From the NCBI GenBank assembly GCA_028023455.1, contig JAQFVV010000005.1, forward strand, positions 6,696,001 through 6,760,000: a DNA stretch of 64,000 bases, read 5' to 3'. Shown here piece by piece: positions 40,087 to 51,900 of this stretch. Below the pieces are notes generated by a model. That model was not told where the DNA came from. It saw only the letters and a list, made by a program, of their open reading frames with translations, and made no database searches. The translations under genes and the position numbers were made by a program. Positions within the stretch are counted from its first letter, which is position 1. Each line of letters starts with the position of its first letter. The DNA is from Epiperipatus broadwayi. Lineage: Eukaryota > Animalia > Onychophora.

Positions 40087-40250
40087 CTTACCTCAATTGC
40101 AGCAAACAGTATTTTTAAATTTTTTTAAAATACAGTACATTAGGTTGGAAAACATGGCAGCGGTTGATGTGATGTGATTTTGTTTACTTAAACATGTTGT
40201 GCCCTCTTGCGCAAAAGCTTGAAATATTATTCACAAGGCGACGAATGTCA
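40087..40250 (-). promoter_or_regulatory. Candidate non-coding first exon / 5' splice donor and CpG-retaining promoter of ZNF paralog 2
   Basis: Minus GAG|GTAAG at 40091. TTTAATAGAATCTTA...CTTACCTCAA...CAGTATTTT context is shared with 18230-18300. A CCGCTGCCATGTT (YY1-like) motif lies nearby. Confidence 0.55.
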
Positions 40251-40557
40251 ATGCATAAGAGTTCGTAAAATATAATTAATTTATACGATTTAATCGAATT
40301 ATTATAAAGCTTTGAACACAATGTAATGTATCTATTACAGTCGATGATTTAATTAGAAAACATATAGAATATAATTCTTAGTATTTGTCTGAAGGTTTGT
40401 GATGATGATGTATTATTAGATGTGATATGTTGGACTATTTCCATCATCCTATGAGTGAATGTTGAATGTATAGAAAATTTTAAACTTATTTTAAACTTTT
40501 CAAATGCGAACAACTTGTTAGTAATAACACACAAATAGACAACACAATTTAGTAATT

Positions 40558-40602
40558 ACACAACGTTTCGAGTAGTATTATTCTCCATTCTTCTTCAGGT
40601 GT
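40558..40602 (-). ncRNA. Solo Penelope-type minimal hammerhead motif
   Basis: ACAC CUGAAGA A GAAUGG...CUACUC GAAAC GUU GUGU: intact core, 4-bp stem I ACAC/GUGU, imperfect stem II, ACGU palindrome. Confidence 0.6.
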
Positions 40603-41051
40603 GGCTGGCCGGATATGCTCAGTGACAATATTCGCAAAGAAGTCGAATATATCACATCTAAGAATATAATTCTTTTTTTGGAATATAATATTTCACTTTT
40701 GAAATTATTTAAAAAATGACAAGATTTAAAAAAATAAACTATGCTGGATTATTAATTAGCGGATTTTTGTCCATGTATATGACAAATAAAAAGACATTAT
40801 TTTTTTGAAAAAAATAACAAAAAAAAAATAAAAATAAAGGAGGCTATGCTAATATACAAATACAAGCAAGACTTAATTAACAGACAGGCAGCAAATGTTA
40901 AGATCATAGAATTGTGGGAAGGTTAGCCTTTCAAAGTGTTAGTTGACAAAGACTATGAGGATAGTCAAAAGTGCTCCTAAGTGGATAAAATTTTCGAAGT
41001 TATATTTTACATATATATCACATGATCACTATCTCATACTAACACATAATT

Positions 41052-41469
41052 GTTATTAAACAATTCAAAACAAAGCAAAACTCTTCATATAGTAGTGCCA
41101 TCTTGTGCTAACAAGAGCAATCAATGGATGCCAGAAGGCTTGTGCATAAAATCCCTATCTAGTGCCTACTCATCCAATATCCCCAGACTAGTTTCTGGCT
41201 TGTGGCCTGGATCTGAGAGCACTGCACCTAGATCTTAGGACTAGTTTCTGGCTTGTGGCCTTCATCAGTGAGGAGCCTTGATGCTCTCAGATCCAAGGCT
41301 CCTCACTGATGAAGGCCACAAGCCAGAAACTAGTCTGGGGATATTGGATGAGTAGGCACTAGATAAGGATTTTATGCACAAGCCTTCTGGCATCCATTGA
41401 TTGCTCTTGTTAGCACAAGATGGCACTACTAAATGGAGAGTTTTGCTTTGTTTTGAATTGTTTATTAAC
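41052..41469. mobile_element. Young palindromic double-hammerhead element with rearranged centre
   Basis: Outer arms (~41052-41208 vs ~41313-41469) are nearly identical inverted copies. The centre holds a second partial arm (41239-41280). Confidence 0.92.
41291..41349 (+). ncRNA. Type I hammerhead ribozyme with extended stem I
   Basis: AUCCAA-GGC-UCCUCA CUGAUGA A GGC-CACAA-GCC A GAAAC UA GUC^UGGGGA-UA-UUGGAU. Full core, two 6-bp stem I helices split by a 3x2 loop, GUC triplet (cut predicted 41335/41336), palindromic ACUAGU in stem III. Confidence 0.88.
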
Positions 41470-43760
41470 TTTACATATATAAAAGTATAACAGCAATAGT
41501 AGTTAATGGAAGAAGAATAGTGGAAATGGAATATATTATTTAAAAAATATATTGTAATTTTGTATAAAATAATGTGATTTAAAAATATTTTTTTTTTTTT
41601 TTTTTTGAATTTTAAATAATTATTATGTAAAGTTTTTTTAGAATAATTTAATGTGCTAAAAACAGGTAATACTTTTTCAAATGATAGATTATGACTTTAA
41701 GACATTTAATGTTTGCTACGGTTGTTTCTTTGCCCTATTGCCTAAGTAATGATACGCAATAGAAAGATATAAAAGGTATCTTCATTTATTTTAAAGTGTT
41801 TTTTTCTTTCACATTGTATCTCCTCATCATTTTTATTGTGGTAAACAAATAGCAATGAGGAGAGAAGTCCAACTCATAGTCTGAAGCCTCTAGCTTCACA
41901 AGCTATCTTGTCAGACCATCTAGATAAAATGTTATCTAAGGAAAAATCAACAGGCTTTAAAAAATCTATAACATTGATTGCTTAATTAAATAAAGAATTT
42001 CAGACTTTAAATAGCAAACTCATAAGTCAATGTCAAAATAATTAAAAAAAAAAACTTAAGTAATAATGTTTATGAACATTTTTCAATTTTGAGAGTTCTA
42101 TTGAACAATTAGGATGACTATAGTAATAATAATATTCAACAATCTTTAAAAACCTTGAATCAATAAATTGAATTTAACATCAACATTTTGGAGGTCATCA
42201 TGAAGAAGAAAATAACTTTACTTTATTATTTAAATGTTTTTTGTGGTACTTAGGTATTAGTCCTGAACATGGTACACCTTTTTACGTCTGCAATAATTAA
42301 AAATTATAAATTAACATATGTTATCGCAAATATATTATAGTATAATTCTCCATATACACCAGCACTGTGCTGGAAAAACCATCTACCCCCCTCCCCACAA
42401 ACTATGGTGCTTTGCATCAGCATTGTGGATGTGAAAAGGCATACCATCTATTCTACATTGCAGAAGTAGTACCTAAATATCATTTTTGTAAAATAACATA
42501 TATATATATTCATATGTTTAATATTTGTTCAAAAAATAATATTTGTATTTATTTTAGCTTTCTCTCTCTCAGATGTTTGAAGAAGGGAAATTGAAATCCT
42601 ACAGTTGCATTAGTTATTATTATTTCAGATTTATGTTTTTTCTACAAACATACTCACATTTTGATAATAAATTTGATTGTCTTGAATTTTATATATTTAG
42701 CTAATAATCCTACTTATTAATTTTAAAATATTATAATATGTTTTAATGGTTTATGAAATTTATTCTAATTTGTAAAAGTTATAAATAATATGCAGTCTTT
42801 TATTTATGATTTATTTTAGAAGTAAACTGTTATTAAGGAAATTGTTCTTATTGTATTATGGAGTATATAAATATATATTTAGATCTAAACCATTAATAAA
42901 TAATTGATTATCACAAAGAATTGCTAACATTATCTGAAGTTTTTTAAGGCTATAGTTATTAAGCTACTTGTTCATTTATATATATTTTGTTACACAATAC
43001 ATGTTTAGATATTTTGTGAAAAAAGGCTGGCATTGACTTATATTTAATAAACTTGAAAAACATATTATATCATATATTATAGTAGAGTTATTAGTCTAAG
43101 CAATTATATTTTTAGAATAAAATAAAGACAATCTTATTTATTAGATTTATAAAGTAAATCCATATTCATGTCAATACATCATATTGTTGCATATAATAAT
43201 ATCCACCAAACATATATTACCTATGACAACTTATTTTATTAGGAAAACTTTAAGCTGGAAAGAATTTTATTTAACTAAATCCATTTATTAATTGTAAAAT
43301 AATTAATAAAATATTTTATTTTTCATATAGCTGTAAATAAAATTAATTAAAAATTTTATTTGTTAAACTTGACTACATTTTTTTTTCTTATTTAATTAAG
43401 ATAATATTTACTAAATACATATGTGGCCACACACACTGGCATATATTTGAACCATAAGATATATTCTATTTAGATATTGTTTATAGAGAACAATTGGTGA
43501 ATTTATTTAGCCATCGCACACAAATGGAATTATTAATATACATGAAACACACATAGCAAGATATATTCAGATTACATATTATTATTATGTGGCTAAATTC
43601 AAATTTAGTCACCACAAACATATATATTTAATTAAATATAGTTTGGATGCAATAAAATGTACCATTTGCCACCATGCTGGATCAGTGAGTGCATTTTCCA
43701 AATGTATTCACAGTCCACTATTTGGAAGTTTCATGTTCCTTGTTGAATATTATATCATTA

Positions 43761-45867
43761 CATTGTAATGGTGTGGAAGATTTAGAGGTGACTTGAGGAG
43801 ATCAGGTCATCATCATGATATAATTATACAGAATTATGTCATTGGTAAATGTCTCATTGCTATACTGTTTTGAAATATAATTGGAGATATATTATTTTAC
43901 TGTTTTGAGATACAACTGTAGAGGAAATCAAATTAAACAGAAGCTTACTTTACAAGATATTATATTACAAGCTCCTATTTATATTTCCTGTGTGTAAGAA
44001 TAATTTAACACAGTTAAACATATATGCTGACAAGAGAAACATTGAAAAAGATATACGAAGAATGTGGTCATGGAAAAGATAAGTATTCAACTGAAGAAAT
44101 ACAAAGAATAGAAAATATGAACATGTCAGCCAAGTTAGTACAAATGTTTATGGATAGTCAAAAAGATTTGAAGATAATAGAAAAAGAATAGAAAAAGTGT
44201 TTAAAGAATTGAAAGTAAATATGCTAAGGAAAATAGAAGATAAAAAGACTAAAAACAGTAAAATATGATTAATCAAACAGCAGTCTTAATCAATCTGGTA
44301 AAGAGACAGTAGAAGTCTTATTCAAGCAACTGAAGAAGATAGTCAAACTAAAGCTGTTGAGAGCAGTCAGTCCTGATCCAGTTGCTAAAGAAGTCAGTAG
44401 GAGAACTTAGCTGTGTATGGTTACACAAAATCAACCATGTGCTAAGTTTAGCTATAGGTAAACACCATCTTCCTCCATGTAACCTGCTTCACTGGGGAAA
44501 ATGTGAAAGAGAAGTAATCTGCAAAACAAACCTTATCTCCATTCAAGAGCATGACTGTCTCTATATGTTAGCCTAACTTGGAAAATTTCTTAGAAAAAGT
44601 GGAAATAAATTCTTGTTGTGTGTTAGCCTGAAATATTTTCTTGCAAAATGAAAACAATTAACTGTGTACATTAACTTGGAATTGAGTCCAAAAAAAAATT
44701 AAACCATAGTACAAGATTTTTTAATGTGCATATTATACTTTCATTTAGAGATATAAAAAAATTCTAGAACTATAATTGATAATGAATAATTTTAATAACA
44801 TAACATTTTTTTTTATTGTTCATTTATTTTTTCCTTTCAAAATTATAAAAAAAGTTATCAGGTAACTTAATTTTCATTAAATTACATTTAACAATTTCTT
44901 TGAAACATGTTTTTCTTTTATTCACTTGATTTTCCTTCCAAAATTTAAAAAAATTTTTTTTTAGTTAATTTAAAGATTTTTATCTCTGATTATGAAAATG
45001 TTGTTTTTCAACTTTTGTTATTTAAAAGAAAGTTAATTAATTTAAGGAATAAAAATCAACTCATCAACTACTTCTTTTATGAAGCTATACTTTTTGGGAA
45101 GAACATATAAATTTAAATTATATGTCATATTTTTAATTAATCATTTTAGTTTATTAAATAATTATTTAATAAATATTCTCACATTAATGTCTTTATTTCT
45201 TCAGCTATCTATTCCATGAATTCATAGTATATATGACTTGATTTCATTAGAGCTTAGTATTTCAGGAATTTTTTAATTAACTTAGTAAAATTATTTAGAG
45301 TAAGCTATTCTATTTATTTATCTCTTGTTCAATTACAATTATATTATGGTCTACAGCATAATGGTTTTTATATGGCTGTAGGAGTTTATACTTATACTTG
45401 TAATTGGACATCCAGATGATAACACTGGATGGCAAAAAGATATCTTTAAAGTCCAACTATTACATTTTATTTTTTATTAAAAATTTAATTGTGCTAGGCT
45501 GGTAGAACATTGATGATGATCAGCATGTTTCAGTATTTCAGCATTATTTTTTATGAAAGGTGGTGTATTATTCTACCCTAAGTTTGGCAGTGGCTAGATA
45601 AGTTGACTGTTTTGTAGTAAACTACTTTTAAATCCAATCACAAAGGTAAACTTGATTATTAATTGATTCTTGTTGAGTTTATTATCTTGTATAATATTGG
45701 TAATGCAACTTAGGTATATGGTTAGCTCATGAAGAAACCTATTTGACATGTGTATATGCTCATTTATCCTCATATATTTATTCATATTTGATGATTTATT
45801 AAGTGGGGGGTGATATGACTTCCCATTTTCCCATGTCATCCCTAAATCTTTTATATTATTACAAATG
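43761..45867. mobile_element. ~2.1-kb decayed element with ~55-bp terminal inverted repeats (copy A)
   Basis: 43761-43815 (GAAGATTTAGAGGTGAC...GTCATCATCA) is an inverted match to 45811-45867 and 48895-48954. The interior is duplicated at 46937-48954. Confidence 0.6.
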
Positions 45868-46936
45868 GCAATACAATTGTGAGCCCAGTGTTGATCAAGT
45901 TCTGGTGGTCAGTATGCAAAATTATCACATAACTTGAACCTCAAAAACCACACTTGAAAAAGAAAATGTATTTTGATACAAAATTAATTTTAAAATGTAT
46001 TATTATGAAATGTGGCAAGAGATTATGATTATGTTATAATTTGATTATAAATTATAAAATAGTGATATTTATGTATATTTAATGAATTAATATTTAAAGT
46101 TAAACAGAAAATCAAAGTATGATTTTTAGAGATTGGATTGAGGTTTTGATTGTCGGGGTTTGTTTGATTATGCTTTCAGTGCTGATGATAGATTGTTGAT
46201 AATACAATATTTCATGCAGCTGTAGGGAGTGTTCTATATCAACCCTATAACAACTCAATTTCAGGTTTTGATATTTCCAGTTGTTTATCATGGTCAGTTA
46301 ATATAATCCTGCCATAATATTTAACCTCATAGTGTCTAAGAAAAGAAGAAAGGAAGTTTTGCAATTTTATATCATCCCCAAAGACTCAAAGAAGCAGGAC
46401 TTTGCAAAGATTTTTGCCTTGTTACTTCTATTTTGGGTTATAGATATCTTGTAGTATTTAAATTGATATAGATCTTTTGGGTGTTCATACTGCATTGTGT
46501 ATTTATAATTTAGCGGCTGGATTCTGTACTTATCCCAGGATTCTTTCACTGTCAGAGATCTTCAGATAAATCGCTAGAAACTTTTAACAAATGATTTATT
46601 ATACAATCTTGTTTTTGTATATGCATATGTCCTTAAGTAAAAGTAAATAATAAAATAGTGAATAAAAAAATCAGTCACACATGCTTGAACAGAATAGAAA
46701 TGGAAAATAAAGCAGAAGAAATCAATTTAATTAGACAAATAAAACCAATTACTGTAACAGTTTGGTTTAAACAAAATCAGATTAGAAGTACTAATAATAG
46801 TAGTAGTGTGAGGTAATATGAAAGGTTGCATGGAAGGTGGAATGATGTGAAGATTACTGGTAAGATATTTTATATTTATATTTTCCATACAAAAATAATT
46901 GAATAGTTTTCTAGAAGATTAAAAATTGTATAATAT

Positions 46937-48954
46937 AAACATATATGCTGATGAGAGAAAAATTGAAAAAGATAGAGAAAAATGTGATCATGAAAAAAAA
47001 TCAGCAATTAACTGAAGGAGCAGAAAGAATAGAGAATATGAGCATGTCAGTCCAGTTAGTACAAATATTTATGGATAGGCAAAAAAATTGAAGAAAATAG
47101 AAAAAGAAAGAATAAATAGTTAAATACTTGAAAGTAGATATGCTAATGAAAATAGAAGATAAAATGGCTGAAAATAATAAAATGATTAGTCAAATAACAG
47201 TTATAATCAAAATGTTGAAGAGGTATAAATCTTAGCCAAGATGTCAAATAGGACAATTAATCATGAGGAGAGCTGTCCTGAACCAGCTACTGAAGAAGAT
47301 AGTAGGAGAATTTAGCTGCATAGAGTACTCTAAGTTTAGTTGTAAAAAATGTTTCTAAAATGAAGACAACCATTTTATAAGTTTAGGTAAAAGCTCAACA
47401 TCATCTACCTTCATGTAACCTGATGCATTGAAAAAAATGGGAAAGTTAGAAGATACCCCTTAAGTAGTCTGCAAAACAAACCTTGTCTCCACCCAAAAGA
47501 TTGAGTGTCTCTATATGTTAACCTGATCTGGAACATTTATTTTAAAAAGTTGGATAAATTGTTGTTGTTTGCTAGCCTGAAATATTTTTCAAAATTAAAA
47601 AAAATAACTGTACATTAATCTGGAATTGAGAAACCTTCAAGAAAACTGACATTAAAAAACTAAATTGCAACTGCAAAAAAGATTCCAATGAAAATTAAAA
47701 CCGTGGTATATGGTTCTTTTAATATGCACATTATACTTTCATTTAGAGATAAAAAAAATTTTTATAGAACAATAATTGAAAATAAATAATTTTAGTAAGG
47801 TAACATTTCCTTGTAGAACATGCTTTTTATTATTCAGTTGATTTTCCTTTTCAAAATTATAAAGTTTTTAGGTAATTTAATGTTTATTAATTTATATTTA
47901 ACAATTTTTTGAAACATGTATTTTTTTATTTATTTGATTTTTCCTCCAAAATTTTAATAAAATGTTTTTTTAAAAAAATTGATTAAATTTTTTTTATCTC
48001 TAGTTGTGAAACAGTTGTTTTTTAATTTTTGTTATTTAAAAAAAAAGTCTTAATGAAAGTAACAGTTAATTTATGTAAGAAATAAAAATCAATGGATTAT
48101 TTTTTATGAAACTACTTTTTGAGAAGAATATAAACATTTAAATTATCATATCATTTCTAAATTTTTTAATTACTAATCAATTAGTTTATTAAGTAATTGT
48201 TTAAAATATATTCTAATGCTAATGTCTTATTCCTTCAGCTATTTGTTCCATGAATGGGCAGTGCATGTGACTTGATTTTCAGGGTTTTTCAAATTATCCC
48301 AGTAAAATTATTTAGAGTAAGCAGTTATATTTATTTAACTCTCATTCAGTTACAGTTCATAAAGTCTTATGATCTTGAGCTAGTTTCTAGAGAATAATGG
48401 TTAGTTATAAGGATATAAGGATTTGTTTTGTAATTAGACATTTTGATGATAACTCTGAATGGAACAAAGGTATAATCTTTAAAATCTATTTATTACATTT
48501 TGTTTATTAGAAATTAATATTTATAGTTGGCCAGTAAACTAATAGTACTATGTGGCTAGAGCATTGATGATGATCAGCATGTTAATTCAGCATTATTTTT
48601 ATGATGAGGAATGAATTAGTACTTAGGAATGTACATCCAGTGTAGTTATATTATGCCGAGTTTGGAAGTGGTTAAATAAGTAGCCTGTTTTGTAGTGTAC
48701 CTCTTTTGAATTCAATTACAAGGGTGGACTGTTGATTATTGAGTTTATTATCTTGTGTAATACTTGTGATGCAGCTTATAAATATAGTTGCTATAAATAC
48801 TTACATGATTAGTCCATGCTGACTCATGTTTGTATGTGTATATGCTCATTTATTCTTATATATGTATTCATATTTAATGATTTATTAAGTGGGGTTGATG
48901 ATGACTTCCCATCTCCCCATGTCACCTCTAAATCTTCTGTACCATCGCCATTTG
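46937..48954. repeat. Diverged direct copy B of 44020-45867
   Basis: Collinear shared blocks, e.g. AAACATATATGCTGA, CTGCAAAACAAACCTT, GTAAAATTATTTAGAGTAAGC, GATTTATTAAGTGGGG. Confidence 0.85.
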
Positions 48955-51900
48955 TGAGGTTGGGAGATAACTTTTGTAAAGTAGTTTGATAAATCAAAAA
49001 CAGATCTTTAAAATGTTGATAAAGTATGAGCAAATAATGAAAATTGTGAACTTATAAAGATCAAGTAAAATATATAATTATGGAATGTGTTTGTAGAGAC
49101 ATTTCTTATTGGAAGAAATAATAGGGACAGTGTATGTATGGAAATATATTGAAGGACAATATCTTTTATTGAAATAAACACTAATTTAAAAATGGAATGT
49201 GAGAGGGATAGAGACAAAAATCATGAAGTTTATATTGAGAAAATGAAAGACATTAAAAAACATACAATATTAATTAATGTGATTTGTTATAGCAAAGTTA
49301 GTGATGTAGCAACATATTTTTCATTCAGTTTTATGAAGAGAAACTGATTCTGTAAGAAGTATATTTTATATATATTAAGAATAGATAAACTCAGACTTGA
49401 AAAAGCCTTGACTAGAATCAGAATTTAGGTTTTGTGATATTAGGCTAGACGTTCTATAAAAATAGAGGGAAAAAGTCAGCAAACGTATCATTTGCTTTTG
49501 ATTTACAGACTTGTTAAAATAAAAATTATTTTTTATTACATTATATTAAATCAACGATCAACTGAAATTACTTATTTTTGAATGTGAATCACTCAACTCT
49601 TCACTTATTAAGATGAATTAATTGGAAGATTATGACTGTAAAATTTTACTTTTTTTAGATTTTGTCACTTGAATCAGTTGTAGACAAAGCCTATCAACAA
49701 TCCTTTTCACTCTTTGTTACATTATTCTGATTTGGAGAGTAACATCTTAATATTACTTATTTCTACCTTTTGGACTCTTGAATCATTATGTCATGGTGAT
49801 TCAGCCCATGAATAATTTCCCTATCAGGATTTGTCATATCATTCTGTTGTTGAGTCAGAACACATCAGTGATCAGCTTCACTTCTTTTCTCTCTCTTAGA
49901 TACCTGATTTGATGCAATGGTAGAGTAACATAGATTGCAATCTAACTGTCACTTCTGTTACTCAAACTTCTTATAAATTTCTGAGCAATAAACCATTTGA
50001 TTATTTTTATTTATTCATACTGTTGTATTTAAGCTTGTCACCGATTCCCATCTCACTTCATTCTTAATGTGTTTGACACATTTTTATTTTGAGTCTAATC
50101 TCATGAAGGAGCTGTTTTTTTCTATCTTCCATATCTGTTGTATTATTTTATTATAAAAATTGTTTATGTTATCATTGTTTTTTTTTTCAATCTTTGTCAT
50201 ATCATTTTGTTTGGTAAATTAAACTATCATTGTTTCCGTTCTTACTTCTTTTCAGTCATTGTCATATTTTATTAGGGAGAATATAAACACCAATGCTTTT
50301 TCTCCTATTTCTCTCTTTAAATACTTAAAATGTCATTTTGTTTTGAAAACTAAATCCACAAATACACCATCTCTTGTCTTTTCTTTTTAGTTTTGTTGGT
50401 TATGAAGATTTTGCCTGTGGACATAAGACCATCAATAATATCTTTTATTCTTCATTTCAGATTGTGTTGGGAACAATAAGACCACTTTATATCTTTTTCC
50501 AATCTATCTTTGGATATCATTCTGTAGTAAATATTAAACCAACAATCATTTATTTACTTTTTTTTTTTTAAATTTTATCATATAATTTTTGTATTTTTTT
50601 TAGATATTTTCATTGTCACCAATTTCAAAATTTATTAATTCCCACTGGTTATAAAAGTAATTGCATTAGTAAATTTGCTTATGCTATTACATTTTTTTTC
50701 ACTTTATAAAATTTAAAATTATAGTGTTTATAAATACAAAAGTATGTCCATCATTAATCTATGAACATTTATTTGTAAGTTACTTTCAACAACAATTTAA
50801 AAACATGTATATATTCAATTACCATTGTTTGTATTTATATACAAAATGTTTTCTGATAATATATATACAAACTCCAATGAGTCAGCCTTAAAAAAATGTT
50901 TTTAATAAATGCCTTTAAAAAAAAATTATGCATATAAATTAACTACATTTTCAAAGCAAGTAATATCATTTGTAACTAAGGACAACTCAAATTGTTATTT
51001 TAAATTAAAAATAACAAAAATGAATAATAAACTGAACTTGTTCTATTCACTCTCTCCTCCAATATCCAAAAAATACTTCGATTTAAGAGCTATTCTACCA
51101 TGTCTACAATATGACTGCCTTGCAGTCTGGAATTAAAACTCAATATATTTGCTATTACTTTATTCTTATTTTACACTATTTTAAGTGTAAATTTTTTTAA
51201 ATATTTGATAGTCAAGTTCTCACAAGTTAAAAAAAAAATTAGTGCACAAAATCTTATATATGTAGGAATTCAAGTCCATCTACTTTATTGTTTTTATGTA
51301 TATACTGTAATAGAATGGACAGTGTCCATCATATATGGCTATACGTTAGTAATTGCATTTTAAGTTTTTACACATAAATGAACATTTCTTTAGTTAAAAA
51401 ATTGGTGAAATATATGCTGCTGAAAATAAAGATTTTAGATAAAATAAAAATATTGTCTATGTCATTTATTAATGAATTATAAAATCATTATTAATAATAA
51501 TACAAATTACATTCCAGTATTTGGTAGAATTTTATATTCTACAATAGTGTAACCATTATCATTCAAAGGTTATAACAAGTTTCTAAGGCTGCAAAATTGA
51601 GAAAAAATAGTTGAAAAAGAATAGTTTTGATGTAAAAGTTAAATTTTCATTTTTAAAACTGATTAAAATGTGATTATTTTGCAATATAATAATAATAATA
51701 AAAATCCAAAAACGTTTAGTTAATAGAGCTTGTTTTTAAATAAACAGAAAAACATGCACTTAATAAATTAGTGAAATTGCAATTAATTGGATTAGTACAT
51801 AAGAACTTTATTATTAGCTTTAATATTTGTTTCTGAGGAACATGATAAGGTGAAAAACTATTTAGGACAGTTTTAAAATACTGGAGGACAATCACAATTC

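Noticed and set aside
41050-41238. Short ORFs overlapping palindromes and LINE antisense strands (41050, 14551, 3233, 34700, 36624, 31213, 31442, 62737)
   Set aside because: By-products of repeats or antisense frames of real coding sequence.
41101-41400. CRISPR-like repeat/spacer array
   Set aside because: The repeats are inverted or partial arm duplications in a eukaryotic context; there is no regular array and no cas genes.
50080-50580. Possible L1/Tx1-like 3' remnant on the minus strand
   Set aside because: Only vague motif resemblance; not enough to support a call.
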